Shown: positions 46,852 through 57,456, counted from the first letter of the stretch. The stretch: 64,000 nt of DNA from Candidatus Poribacteria bacterium (GCA_965205015.1 OZ242029.1:1728001-1792000), one strand, 5' to 3'. Numbers and translations: made by a program. Notes: generated by a model not told the origin, from the letters alone.

Positions 46852-49800
46852 TTGTGCCTTCACGCGAATCGCCGAAATTTAGTTAGCTTCGGACTCGCGA
46901 CAAGTAGGGAGAAGCGAGTGTCAACAAATAAAGATATGTACGGTGTAACTTGCAGGTCGATGCACAACAGTCGAGATCAACGTGATAGTGGAAGTTATCC
47001 TCCCACCCGATTCCCAATCCGCTCCGGGTTGGCGAATTTTCTCTTTTTTCTGAGTTTTGTTTGTTTCGCAATCCTAACGATACCGACCCCCGGTTGGACA
47101 AAACTGACCGGTTTGAGAGTCGATGCGGGTGGGGATAACATTTTCAGAGGCGGCGTAGATAGATTGCGGATTACCTTCAGTGTCGATGATGAGGACGACG
47201 AGGCTCCCTATATCGTTCAGGTGATGAACGAGGGTAAGACTGAGACCTTGGGGATCATCGATCAAGGGACCGTGTCGGCAGATGAGACGGTGAACCTTTT
47301 TTGGGACGGCACTATTAACGGCACACGCCTGCCGGACGCTATCTATACGATCCGTGTTACTGTTGATGATGGTGTTGTTGATGATGGTGTTCCTCCGGCA
47401 GATGAGGTTTTGACAGCAAAAGCAACTTTGGATACCAGTAGACCGCGTGTTTCCGGTGTCTTCGCAAACGATGATCCTGCTAAAGAGATTACCGATGGCA
47501 GTTTTATCACGGAACCGCTCGAATCAATTATGGTAACAGGGGTGGATGAAGGCGTAGGCGGTGATATTGATCTCGGTAACAGGCGAAACACTATTTTCCT
47601 GAGAAATGCACAGCAGGTTGTCGTGCGCGGAACTCTCGATTATCGTCCTGGACAGGAGGGCGGACAAGACAGGCCAGCGGTTCCTGGCAGTCTAACCTTT
47701 ACTTTAGTAGATCCCTTGGACGAACCTTCTGAAAATGGAAAATACACCCTTATTCTCATCTTAATAGATGAAGCCGGTAATGTGGTCCAAAGTTTGCGGG
47801 AATTTACCTTTGATAACATCAAACCCCGTTTGAGAAGAGTCTCGACCAACAGAGGGGGACTCATTCCGGGGGGCGGTGTGAGTCAGCGCCTCAATTATGT
47901 TGAAGCGGTACTCACGGATAACCTTGAAGACGGTGTCGATCTCTTTGAATCTACCATAAAGCTCTATCGCAAAGCCGACGGTACTGGCGAGCAGACTCTT
48001 ATACCGGGAGAAAAAACGGAGGATGTTGAAAGTGGTAAAATCCGGTGGAGCCTCCTAACACCCTTGTTAGGCAGAGACGATTCCCAAGATGGTGAATATA
48101 TTATTGAGGTCACCGTCGTTGATAAGGCAGGTAACCCAGCGGATGCGGTGCAGATTCCGTTTCGCTACGATAACCGGGCACCGAGCCCTGTGTCGGTAAG
48201 CCCTATGGACAATAGGGACGAACCCTTTGGTCCCTTTCCCGATACCAATTATTACAATGCCCCCATCACCGGATTTATCGTTGACTTTGGTGATACGGAA
48301 ACGGACGTGGACCTTGCCGGCAGGCGGCGATCTACGCAGATTGTGTTTGGGACACCGAAAGAATCTGGGGAGGGTGTGAATGTCCTTGAAGGACGCGTCG
48401 TCACAGATACCGATAGCAATACATTAACTTACATCCTCAATCAGCCGATCGTCAGTCGCGATGGCACCCAAGATGGACAGTATCTCCTCAACGTGCAGGC
48501 AACGGACACCCTCGGCAATATCAAGACTTACGATTACCAAATCGTCTACGATACGCAGCCGCCAGCACTCGTTTCTACAACGCCAACCTCCAACGAGACC
48601 GTCTCAGAGTTATCACAGGTTCAGATCAAGCTCGATGAAAAAACCAGCGGCATCGATTTCGTTCAGAGCGACATCAACTTTCAACTCTGGAAAGGGAGAG
48701 CGGCAGATGTTCTCCAAGACGAGCCGTCTGAAGCAAGACAGGTGCCTGTGAATATCGCGAGTAACGGCATGGATACAGTTACGCTGACCCTCTTGAAACC
48801 GATTGCTTTGGACTTTTCAGATGATGGCACCTACACAATTAAAGTCGCTCCCATTGACCGCGCGGGCAATCCAGGTGGGAATGCCGTGCGCGAGTTCTAC
48901 CTCGTCAGCCAGAAGCACGAACCCGAAGTCCGATTGACACTGCCCGAAACGACAACCGTCAACACGTTCCCGATGGTTGCCGTGGAACTGGTGGATTATG
49001 TCGGCGCGGGTATCGACTTTAACGCGTCAACGCTGGTTGTCAGAAACCCCGAGGGGGCTCCGGTCTCACAGGAAAAAATTGTACGCGATGCAGCAAACAA
49101 CGCATTAACCTGGACGACTGAAGCGGTGATCCCGCCTGATGGAAGTGCGGATGGTGAATATACCATAATTGCGACGTTTGTCGATTTTACGGGAAAAAGT
49201 TTTACACAGCAGTTCTCGTTTGTTTTGGACACACAGGTTCCCGAAGTTGAAAGCGTACACGTGGCAATCGAATCCCAACCCGAGCTTTCTGTGGAGACCA
49301 TAACGACGTTTACCGAGAGTTTTTCGCAAATCATCGTAACTTTTGAGGACACCCGCGGAGACGCTGAACAAGATTCGCAGGGACTCAGTAATGATGTTGA
49401 TTTTGCGGATACCGTGGTTGCGTTAGCGGGACCGGAGGGTTCCATTTCGACGAATGTCTCTGTCTATAGTCCCACGCAACTCGCCATCCGTTTTGTTGAA
49501 TTGATAGAGGATGGTTCGTATACGCTGTCGGTGACCCCTCAAGATATTGCTGGTAATACTGCCCGAGGTGCCCTGCACTACGCATTTCTGATTGATACTG
49601 AGAGTCCTCGGATAACTGCGGCCTCTCCGATAACATTGAGTGAACCTGTCTCTTATATCGGCACGGATTTCAGACAGTTTGTGTTTACGATTGAAGATGT
49701 GGGGCCCGCGGATCTATTTCTTGAGGAACAGACTGTTACGTTATTAGACGCTGCTGGCAATACTGTTCCCACTACACTAACGTATGATGAGCCAACAGGT

Positions 49801-52800
49801 CAGCTGTACCTCAGGATTGTGTCTCCATTTGCCCAAGATGGGAGTTCAGATGGCGAATATAGCGTGAAAATATCGCTTGTTGACAAAGCGGGGAACCGTT
49901 CGGATTCTGAACACACCGTCGTTTATGATTCCAAAGTGCCGCAGCTTTCTTCTGTCGTGTTGAATACTGAGCCTTCAACAGTGCTGGAACCGCAGCTGAT
50001 TGAGATGATTACTGAGCCCGTTAGCAGTATTACCCTTCAATTTTTTGAGGAAGCGACACGCATTGACTTTACCAATACCGCGGTTGAGTTAGCAGGTCCA
50101 GTAGAGGCTGCTGTCCCGGTCAATGTATCTGTGGATACGCCTACACAACTCACTCTCCGTTTTGTTGAATTGATAGAGGACGGTTCCTATACACTGTCGA
50201 TAACGCCGCGGGATATTGTGGGGAATGCTGCACAAGGTGCCGTGCGTTACGCGTTTATGATCGACACGGAAGCCCCTCAGATCACTGCCCCGACACCTTT
50301 GATATTTAACCAGAGTCCTGTTACGTATATCGGTAGCGCATTAAGACAATTTCAGTTCGCGTTTACTGTTACAGATGTAGGTCCAGCGGATCTGTATTTG
50401 GAGGAACAAACCATTGAAGTCGTGAGTGCATCTGGGGTGAATATTCCGGTCGCTGTGACGTATGACGAGTTGACGAATCAAATCTTTTTGTCACTGCCTG
50501 CCTCCTTTCCTCGAGACGGGAGTGTGGATGGTGAATATACCGTAAAAGTCTCGCTCGTCGACAAGGCGGGGAATCGTTCGGATTCCGAGTACACCGCGGT
50601 TTATGATTCCAAGGCACCTCAAATAGGTTCGGTGATGGTGAATACTGACCCCCCGATGGAGCTTATCCCGAATCGGGTTCCCGAGCTCGTGGAACCTATC
50701 AACAGTATCACCCTTCAATTTGAAGAGGCGACGCGGATTAATTTTGCCAATACGCAGATCACGTTGATGGGACCCGAATCAACGACTACGGACGGTGAGG
50801 CTACAACACCCACAATTCCGCTGACATTGGAGGATGATGGCGTATCTCAGATGACCCTCAGTTTCTTGGATTTGGAACAGATCGGTGCGTATGTCCTGTC
50901 TGTTACACCGCAAGACGTAGCAGGAAATGCCGCCGCAGGTCCTACTGAGTATAGATTCCTTGTGGAGATACCGCTGCCGCGCGTCGGTGCTGTTGTTATC
51001 GGGGAAGTAGAAACAGAGGCAAGCGGGGATGTCGCCTACGTCAATGCAGGCAATATGCGCATCGGCGCGTTTCTCCTTGACCCGACGGAGACGGGGTTAT
51101 CCTTTGGTAATGAAGGATCGGTTATCCAGGTGACGGAATCCGATGGAACCACAATTGTTCCCGGTAGAATAGGCTCCAATGGAGAAGACCTGATCGTTTG
51201 GGAACCGGTAACCCTTACATCGGATGGCACCACGGATGGCAGATACAATGTAGTCGTTGTACCCATTGATAAAGCCGGGCGGCAAGGAAGCGCGGTGTAT
51301 CGTGAATTTATCTATGACACACAGGAACCAGAGATCACAGCGGCTGGCCCAATCCCAATAGATTTGAGTCAACCCGTCTCCTATATGAGCCAGAGTTTGA
51401 CACAATTCAACTTCACTATCCAAGATATCGGTCCCGCAGACCTTGAGTTGTCGGATCAGGAAGTCAGCCTCCGCGATGCAGGGGGTGGTTTGGTCCCGGC
51501 ACAACTCACGAACAATGCTGAAAACCGACTCTTCCTCACGTTAGACCAACCCTTACCCCTCGATGGCAGTATGGATGGGGAATATACCCTCCGTGTTGCG
51601 TTGGTGGATAAGGCAGGAAACCCCTACACGGTCGAACACCTGATCGTCTATGATACACAGGCACCCACGCTTGTTTCTACAGTGCCAGCTGATGGTGCCC
51701 TACTGACAGAGGATATTACGGAGGTACACGTAACGCTCAACGATGAAGGTGGGAGTGGTATTGACTGGACAGCAACGACGGTGATGTTGGTTGACCCGAC
51801 TGGCGAGCAAATATCCGGTGAACTCGTCAGTGACGGAGAAACCGAGTTAACCCTTACGACAAACCAACTCGTTGAAGATGGTCGATATATCGTCCGTGTG
51901 CAAGCCTTTGACCGTGCAGGCAACGGAGGCGCGGTCATCTTTGAGCAGAGTTTTCTCTTGTCAAGGCGTTTGCCCACCATTGTTTCGACGGAACCTATTA
52001 CAGCACCCGTGGATGAAGCGTTTATGAATGAAGAACTCGAGCGGATAGAAGTAACGCTTGAAACAGATGACGAAAATCACTTATCAACACTTCGTTTACT
52101 AAATCCTGCTACTGAGGTCGTCGCGGGACAACTGCAACGAGAAACTGATCAGTTGATCTATAATCTTGTCCGGCCACTCGCCACCGACGGGTCCGAAGAT
52201 GGGGTCTATACCATTGAATTTACACCCATCAGTGCTTCTGGACGGAGCGGGGCGCTTCAACGATTGACCTTCACCTACGACACAGAGGCACCAGAGATTG
52301 AGACAGATGAAGCAATTAACCTCGTTGTCGTGCAACCGGAGGTTAACAATTCTCTGACAGAAATTCACGTCAGTCTTACCGACGACACGTCCGGCATTGA
52401 TTGGAAAAGCCTTGACGAGAAATGGTTGACCTTTGAACGACTGTCACCGAATCCAGCCAAAATTTCGGGACACATCTCTGACGATGGAGAAGAGACCCTG
52501 ACTTTCCGGTTGACTGTGCCGCTCGCAGACAACGGTTCCGCAGATGGTGAATATCGAATTACCCTTAACCCGAAGGACCGGGCAGGTAACGACGATGAAC
52601 CTTATGAAAAGGTCTTCGTCTACGATACCAGTCCGCCGATGATTGATTCAAGCACGTTACTTATCAATGAGGTGCCACTCCTTGTTGACATCAATGCGGA
52701 AAATTACCCAACCGCGGTTTCAACAACAGGCGGTGTTGTCCTCCAGGCGAACATCTTTGACACTGGTTTAGGGGTGAACTTGGCGAAATCGAGGATTGTT

Positions 52801-53682
52801 GTGAGAGGTCCCGATGGATCGGAGATTTCGGGTAGCACGCAGCAGAACGGCGTGGACACTCTCATTTTCAAATCCGATGGATTTAGGGTCGAAGGTATCT
52901 ATAATGTCACGATTGTGAGCATCGGGAATGATTCCGAACTCCTCGGATTCGCACCAACGGATTCGTTGACCACCGCATTTCTATATGAAACCACCGTACC
53001 GACTGCCGCTATAACGAGCGATGGGGGTGAAACCGAGCTGACCGATAAGGCACTCCCTTTAGAAGGTACAGCCGCCGACCCAAGTGGCACGCAGCGGATC
53101 GGTGAAAACGAAATTCAAGTCCCGGCATCCGGCGTATGGCTCGTTGAGATCGTCGGCACCGGACCCGACAAACAACCCATAGATCCTGTTGCTGCTGTTG
53201 ATGATAGCGACGCAGAACAGGAACCGTGGAGCGTTTGGTCGATTGACTTTCTGCCAACACGTTCCGGTGAATACGACTTAGATGTCCGGGTCACTGACAA
53301 TGCGGGGAACTATGAGGTTTACGACATTGGCGAGTATACGATGTCTGTATCTCTCACTTTCCGAGGGTCGACCTTTGGATGGCCAAACCCACTCCGACTT
53401 TCAAAGCGGGATGTTGCTTTCTTCTCCTTTGATGTCAATGTGCCACGCGGAGACACGATTGAACTCACACTGAGTATCTACGATTGGAGTGGTGACATGG
53501 TACTCTCCCAAACGTATCCCGATGTTGTATCAGGGCAGCGCAACGATCAGTTGGTGAAGTGGAATTTGGAGAATCAGGCGGGTACCCCTGTCGCACGAGG
53601 CCTCTATGTCTTCAGATTGGAAGCCGTCAATTCAGCGGGAAATCGCGCCAACATTGTCGGCAAAGTGTTGGTCGTGGAATAG
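46852..53682 (+). CDS. Giant exported Ig-like repeat protein with an N-terminal FlgD-Ig-like and a C-terminal T9SS-sorting/FlgD-like domain (start probably ATG at 46960)
   Basis: Hydrophobic signal segment; many repeats ending DGxxDGxYxxxVxxxDxAGN...YDTxxP; C-terminus GWPNP...IYDWSGDMV...WNLENQAGTPVARGLYVFRL. Confidence 0.88.
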   Translation: MCLHANRRNLVSFGLATSREKRVSTNKDMYGVTCRSMHNSRDQRDSGSYPPTRFPIRSGLANFLFFLSFVCFAILTIPTPGWTKLTGLRVDAGGDNIFRGGVDRLRITFSVDDEDDEAPYIVQVMNEGKTETLGIIDQGTVSADETVNLFWDGTINGTRLPDAIYTIRVTVDDGVVDDGVPPADEVLTAKATLDTSRPRVSGVFANDDPAKEITDGSFITEPLESIMVTGVDEGVGGDIDLGNRRNTIFLRNAQQVVVRGTLDYRPGQEGGQDRPAVPGSLTFTLVDPLDEPSENGKYTLILILIDEAGNVVQSLREFTFDNIKPRLRRVSTNRGGLIPGGGVSQRLNYVEAVLTDNLEDGVDLFESTIKLYRKADGTGEQTLIPGEKTEDVESGKIRWSLLTPLLGRDDSQDGEYIIEVTVVDKAGNPADAVQIPFRYDNRAPSPVSVSPMDNRDEPFGPFPDTNYYNAPITGFIVDFGDTETDVDLAGRRRSTQIVFGTPKESGEGVNVLEGRVVTDTDSNTLTYILNQPIVSRDGTQDGQYLLNVQATDTLGNIKTYDYQIVYDTQPPALVSTTPTSNETVSELSQVQIKLDEKTSGIDFVQSDINFQLWKGRAADVLQDEPSEARQVPVNIASNGMDTVTLTLLKPIALDFSDDGTYTIKVAPIDRAGNPGGNAVREFYLVSQKHEPEVRLTLPETTTVNTFPMVAVELVDYVGAGIDFNASTLVVRNPEGAPVSQEKIVRDAANNALTWTTEAVIPPDGSADGEYTIIATFVDFTGKSFTQQFSFVLDTQVPEVESVHVAIESQPELSVETITTFTESFSQIIVTFEDTRGDAEQDSQGLSNDVDFADTVVALAGPEGSISTNVSVYSPTQLAIRFVELIEDGSYTLSVTPQDIAGNTARGALHYAFLIDTESPRITAASPITLSEPVSYIGTDFRQFVFTIEDVGPADLFLEEQTVTLLDAAGNTVPTTLTYDEPTGQLYLRIVSPFAQDGSSDGEYSVKISLVDKAGNRSDSEHTVVYDSKVPQLSSVVLNTEPSTVLEPQLIEMITEPVSSITLQFFEEATRIDFTNTAVELAGPVEAAVPVNVSVDTPTQLTLRFVELIEDGSYTLSITPRDIVGNAAQGAVRYAFMIDTEAPQITAPTPLIFNQSPVTYIGSALRQFQFAFTVTDVGPADLYLEEQTIEVVSASGVNIPVAVTYDELTNQIFLSLPASFPRDGSVDGEYTVKVSLVDKAGNRSDSEYTAVYDSKAPQIGSVMVNTDPPMELIPNRVPELVEPINSITLQFEEATRINFANTQITLMGPESTTTDGEATTPTIPLTLEDDGVSQMTLSFLDLEQIGAYVLSVTPQDVAGNAAAGPTEYRFLVEIPLPRVGAVVIGEVETEASGDVAYVNAGNMRIGAFLLDPTETGLSFGNEGSVIQVTESDGTTIVPGRIGSNGEDLIVWEPVTLTSDGTTDGRYNVVVVPIDKAGRQGSAVYREFIYDTQEPEITAAGPIPIDLSQPVSYMSQSLTQFNFTIQDIGPADLELSDQEVSLRDAGGGLVPAQLTNNAENRLFLTLDQPLPLDGSMDGEYTLRVALVDKAGNPYTVEHLIVYDTQAPTLVSTVPADGALLTEDITEVHVTLNDEGGSGIDWTATTVMLVDPTGEQISGELVSDGETELTLTTNQLVEDGRYIVRVQAFDRAGNGGAVIFEQSFLLSRRLPTIVSTEPITAPVDEAFMNEELERIEVTLETDDENHLSTLRLLNPATEVVAGQLQRETDQLIYNLVRPLATDGSEDGVYTIEFTPISASGRSGALQRLTFTYDTEAPEIETDEAINLVVVQPEVNNSLTEIHVSLTDDTSGIDWKSLDEKWLTFERLSPNPAKISGHISDDGEETLTFRLTVPLADNGSADGEYRITLNPKDRAGNDDEPYEKVFVYDTSPPMIDSSTLLINEVPLLVDINAENYPTAVSTTGGVVLQANIFDTGLGVNLAKSRIVVRGPDGSEISGSTQQNGVDTLIFKSDGFRVEGIYNVTIVSIGNDSELLGFAPTDSLTTAFLYETTVPTAAITSDGGETELTDKALPLEGTAADPSGTQRIGENEIQVPASGVWLVEIVGTGPDKQPIDPVAAVDDSDAEQEPWSVWSIDFLPTRSGEYDLDVRVTDNAGNYEVYDIGEYTMSVSLTFRGSTFGWPNPLRLSKRDVAFFSFDVNVPRGDTIELTLSIYDWSGDMVLSQTYPDVVSGQRNDQLVKWNLENQAGTPVARGLYVFRLEAVNSAGNRANIVGKVLVVE

Positions 53683-53800
53683 CTGTCAGCGGGAATGGAA
53701 GGTTAGAAGGTTGGAAGATTGAGGTCTCCATCCTTCCACCCTTCCTTTCTTCCATCCGAGGACCTTCCACTCTTTAAATCATCAAAAAGGAGAATTTATA

Positions 53801-54781
53801 ATGCTGAAAAGGGGAATCGGTCTAATCGCAATAGTACTTCTCATGTTAACTGTGGCTGCCCCAAGCGCACACGCAATTAGTATCCACGATGGCGCGGGAA
53901 CAGTCGGTGCCGCTTTCTTAAAAATTGAAGGTGGAACTCGGCCTGTTGGAATGGGGGGTGCCTTCACTGGACTTGCGAATGATGTCAGCACTATCTTTTG
54001 GAATCCAGCAGGGTTAACCGCTGTCCACGATCAGGAACTCACCGCAATGCAACACTTCTCGTTTGCGGACATCAACAATCAAACCATCGGATACGCGCAG
54101 CGGATCGACCAACTCGTCTGGGGCGCGAGTTTTCTCGGAAGTTTCACTGAAATCGAACGCCGACAAGGACCAACAGAAGACCCAGATAGTACTGTGACAG
54201 TCGGGGGGTTCGCTACGGGGTTGTCTCTCGCCTACCCGCTTGGCACAGCACTGTCAGTCGGTGGCACGGCAAAGATGATTTCGCAACAATTGGACATTCA
54301 GAATGCCTATGGTGTTGCAGCAGATGTCGGTGTGATCTTACGTTTATTTGACAATCACCTCGGAATCGGGGTTGCTGTCCAAAATGCTGGGGTCTTAGAT
54401 GGTGGGGAAAATCTGCCGATGGCACTCCGGGCTGGGCTGGCTTATAGAACTTGGAAACAACCCGCGGAAACCGAAACAGAAGAAACAATGCCGCCAAGTG
54501 AGCTGTGGGCATTCGTTGCGGACGCAAACCTCCCGCTCCTTGATGCACATCCGAGTTTTCACATCGGGGCAGAACGGTGGTTTTACGAGAGCATTGCTGC
54601 ACGTATCGGATACCGGATCGGGATGAACGAGAATCCCAGTGATGGGTTAGCACTCGGTGTCGGTGTGCGACGCAGCGGTGAAGATGCATTGGCGAATATT
54701 GATTTCCAATTCGACTACGCTTTCGTGCCAGACGCCTATGTCGGTAATGCGCATCGCGTCTCTTTCATCACGCGGTTTTGA
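53801..54781 (+). CDS. PorV/PorQ-family (UPF0164) outer-membrane beta-barrel protein
   Basis: Signal peptide; AAFLKIEGGTRPVGMGGAFTGLANDVSTIFWNPAGL; FDYAF...HRVS; C-terminal Phe. Confidence 0.85.
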   Translation: MLKRGIGLIAIVLLMLTVAAPSAHAISIHDGAGTVGAAFLKIEGGTRPVGMGGAFTGLANDVSTIFWNPAGLTAVHDQELTAMQHFSFADINNQTIGYAQRIDQLVWGASFLGSFTEIERRQGPTEDPDSTVTVGGFATGLSLAYPLGTALSVGGTAKMISQQLDIQNAYGVAADVGVILRLFDNHLGIGVAVQNAGVLDGGENLPMALRAGLAYRTWKQPAETETEETMPPSELWAFVADANLPLLDAHPSFHIGAERWFYESIAARIGYRIGMNENPSDGLALGVGVRRSGEDALANIDFQFDYAFVPDAYVGNAHRVSFITRF

Positions 54782-54848
54782 CCCGGATTTTTACCATGCT
54801 AATGAGACCGTCGCCCTCTTATATCGGAGGGCAGGGCAATCCTTCAAT

Positions 54849-54875
54849 GTAGGGGCTGGGGAACCCAGCCCTTAC
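54849..54875 (+). repeat. GTAG-family REP palindrome between convergent genes
   Basis: GTAG-GGGCTGGG-GAA-CCCAGCCC-TTAC. Confidence 0.7.
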
Positions 54876-54910
54876 GGAAGATTGATAATCCGAGTTCAGA
54901 CTTTATTCAT

Positions 54911-56038
54911 TTACACACTTGCTTCAAGCATTCGCTGGATCGGCGTGCGCGCTTTATCAATAATTTCAGGACTCAATGTAACTTCGTATTCACCGAGATC
55001 CGCGTTCTGATCGATCGCTTCCAGAATGTTCGCTATTTTCCCCAAGCTCACCTGTGCCATATGTGAGCATCGGACTGAGCACGCTGTCCAGAACTGAACT
55101 TCTGGAAACTCTTGTGCCAGATTCGAGGTCAATTCACACTCCGAAGCAACAAAGGCACGCTCAAGTTGGTTCGCTCCAACACGCTCCGCTATATCCTTCA
55201 TGATTTGACTGGTACTGCCGTAAAAATCTGCTTCCTGTAAAACGTTTGGACGACATTCCCAGTGCGCGTAGAGTTTACGGCGAGGATGTCCTTTCGGGAT
55301 TTCAAACGATTCACGGATTCCGAGGAGATCATCCAGTGTGAATCTTTCATGAACTTCACAAACGGCGCCGCGCGCTGTGTTGTCTTTGCCGGGATAGACG
55401 ACATTTTTCTCGCCCTTCAGTTCTTCCTCCAAATTCTGCGCAAAGAAAATATCGGGCACGAAAATCACGGTATCCCCGGGCATCGTCTTCGCGATGTGTG
55501 CTGCATTCGCTGACGTACAGCAGATATCCGATTCTGCTTTCGCGTCGGCGTAGCTATTGACGTAAATCATCACTGGCGCACCGGGATAAAGTGCTTTCAA
55601 TTTTCTGACATCTTCGGCACCGAAGTTATCGGCGAGCGAGCATCCTGCTGTTTTATCTGCAACCAGCACTGTTTTGCTTGGATTTAGAATTTTCGCTGTT
55701 TCTGCCATGAAGGGTACGCCGTTAAAGATAAGATACGGGGCTTCTGTTTTTGCGGCGTACATACTCAGCCCGAGCGAATCGCCCTGCTCCTCTTTTTCAG
55801 AAAGTCCAAAAACCAGCGGCTCCATATAGTTGTGACCGAGCATCACAACGTTGTGTTTCTGTTTCAGTGTCCGTATCTTGTGAATCGTCTTCGCATGGGC
55901 TTCTATGTCAAGAAACGTTAAACTCGGGTGGTGACGGCTATATAATTCCTGTTTAACGTCCTCAAGGCTCAGTTCTGTCGTACAATTCGGTGCATCTGCT
56001 GTGTCGGGAGTCTCTCCCTTAGAATGTCTGACAGTCAT
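54911..56038 (-). CDS. nadA: Quinolinate synthase
   Basis: HNYM, GDSL, FMAETAKILNP, GCSLA, YVNS, CCTSANA, CEVHE, HWEC, GSTS, CSHM (three Fe-S Cys); ATG at 56038 after GGGAG. Confidence 0.95.
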   Translation of the reverse strand: MTVRHSKGETPDTADAPNCTTELSLEDVKQELYSRHHPSLTFLDIEAHAKTIHKIRTLKQKHNVVMLGHNYMEPLVFGLSEKEEQGDSLGLSMYAAKTEAPYLIFNGVPFMAETAKILNPSKTVLVADKTAGCSLADNFGAEDVRKLKALYPGAPVMIYVNSYADAKAESDICCTSANAAHIAKTMPGDTVIFVPDIFFAQNLEEELKGEKNVVYPGKDNTARGAVCEVHERFTLDDLLGIRESFEIPKGHPRRKLYAHWECRPNVLQEADFYGSTSQIMKDIAERVGANQLERAFVASECELTSNLAQEFPEVQFWTACSVRCSHMAQVSLGKIANILEAIDQNADLGEYEVTLSPEIIDKARTPIQRMLEASV

Positions 56039-56213
56039 TTTTTTACACGCTCCCAGTAGGTGTCGGTTATCGGTTGTCGGGCGTCGGTTACAAGCGGGTG
56101 TTTTTGCGGGGGTGTTTCCCTCGCTAAACGAGAACCTCTTCACCGAAAACTGAGAACCGAAAGGATTTTCATTAGAAAATCCGAACCGAAAACCATTTTT
56201 ATTCGTTCCAATT

Positions 56214-56242
56214 AGGATACTCCCAAAATATTTTTTTGTCAA
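56214..56242 (-). promoter_or_regulatory. Sigma70 promoter of nadA
   Basis: TTGACA-17 nt-TATCCT. Confidence 0.6.
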
Positions 56243-56270
56243 GCCCTAATATATTCAAAAGGACACACAA

Positions 56271-56903
56271 ATGTTAAATTTATGTCATATTTTCTCGCTA
56301 AAACGAAAAAAAATCTGTGCATTCGTCCTTATTGTGTGTCTCATCCCGGGATTAGCACCAACTGCGGAGGGTGTTTCAGTCAAATTAAGAGGGAAAATAG
56401 TTTTAGGTGGGATTCTTTCGGGGGTGGCGTATGCGACGTATGCGCTTGTTAAACGTGACAAGCGGGCAGCGGAGAAGTTGCAGCTTCACCTCGGCCCGCC
56501 TGATCGGGTTATCCAGTTTGAACGTGGGTTTGATCGATGGCGTATCAACGCTTACGGAGAGCAGTGTTATCTATTTCGCAACAACCGGTTGGTAGGCAAG
56601 ACAGCTCTGAAAATTTCCTGTTCCTGTTCCATAAAGAGGCTTCCTTGGAAGACCCTCGGATGGAAGAACGGAGGAATGGAAGGATGGAACCTCCAACCTT
56701 CCAATCTTCCAACCTTCCAATCAAACACCTTCCAACCTTCCAATCAAACGCCATTTCTTATTGATACACCTGTTTCAGACCGCCCCACGTGGTTGCGGCT
56801 TTCCCTTTCGCGTCCACAGCGAGTCCCTCAATCTGTATCTTCCTATCTTTATCGGTTGGAAGCCGGACGTTTGCTTGGTCGGCGACTGTGGCTTTCACGT
56901 TAG
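56271..56903 (+). CDS. Hypothetical exported/membrane protein; C-terminal third derived from a repeat array and probably non-native
   Basis: Signal peptide, second hydrophobic segment, LGPPDRV...YLFRNNRL. After ~56620 it reads through the TTCCAA array and overlaps the convergent gene. Confidence 0.5.
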   Translation: MLNLCHIFSLKRKKICAFVLIVCLIPGLAPTAEGVSVKLRGKIVLGGILSGVAYATYALVKRDKRAAEKLQLHLGPPDRVIQFERGFDRWRINAYGEQCYLFRNNRLVGKTALKISCSCSIKRLPWKTLGWKNGGMEGWNLQPSNLPTFQSNTFQPSNQTPFLIDTPVSDRPTWLRLSLSRPQRVPQSVSSYLYRLEAGRLLGRRLWLSR

Positions 56904-57432
56904 TCGTCACGAAAATCGCATCCAACATCGTGGCATCTTCCCGCACTGCGATCCGTAGGAGTGTTTCACCGGCTTTGTTGAATTTCCATTCCCGGTCGAA
57001 GGTTCCGCCATCTAACCAGTGATTGATCCGATCCCAATGCCAAGCAGCACCTTGACCAACACCCCAACGGAACTGTGTATTCTGGGTTGCTTGTGCATCT
57101 TCCTTTGGGTCGGCGGGTTCCCATGTTACCCAGAAGGAATCACTGTTGCCGTCCCACGCGATAACGTGACCCCAGAGTGCGTACTTCCCGGGTTCTGGGA
57201 TGTTGACAATAAAATCTGCATGACCTGCACCGCCGCCACCTTGTACAGGGGCACCTTCCATCCAGATGAATTTCCCATCAGAGGCGTCTTTCTCTTCATC
57301 AATAATCATCGGTTCTACGATCTCTTGTGCCAGTTCGGCTTCAAGTGCAATTTCTACCTCCGCCCTAAGCCCCACAATACCGCATAAAAACGCTGTCAAT
57401 ATAATCAGTGGAAAAATTATTCCGTATCTCAT
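56758..57432 (-). CDS. Exported CBM6/35-like beta-sandwich protein with a TTWG C-terminal tail
   Basis: Signal peptide; LEAE...DASDGKFI...GKYALWG...NSDSFWV...REDATMLD; ends AVDAKGKAATTWGGLK. Confidence 0.75.
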   Translation of the reverse strand: MRYGIIFPLIILTAFLCGIVGLRAEVEIALEAELAQEIVEPMIIDEEKDASDGKFIWMEGAPVQGGGGAGHADFIVNIPEPGKYALWGHVIAWDGNSDSFWVTWEPADPKEDAQATQNTQFRWGVGQGAAWHWDRINHWLDGGTFDREWKFNKAGETLLRIAVREDATMLDAIFVTTNVKATVADQANVRLPTDKDRKIQIEGLAVDAKGKAATTWGGLKQVYQ

Positions 57433-57456
57433 TTTTTAATGTATGACCTCCTTATC

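Noticed and set aside
56039-56242. N-terminal extension of NadA, or an NAD-sensing riboswitch in the nadA leader
   Set aside because: The region holds the promoter and heptamer arrays related to 58170-58240. I see no riboswitch consensus, though an Rfam scan would be needed to exclude one.
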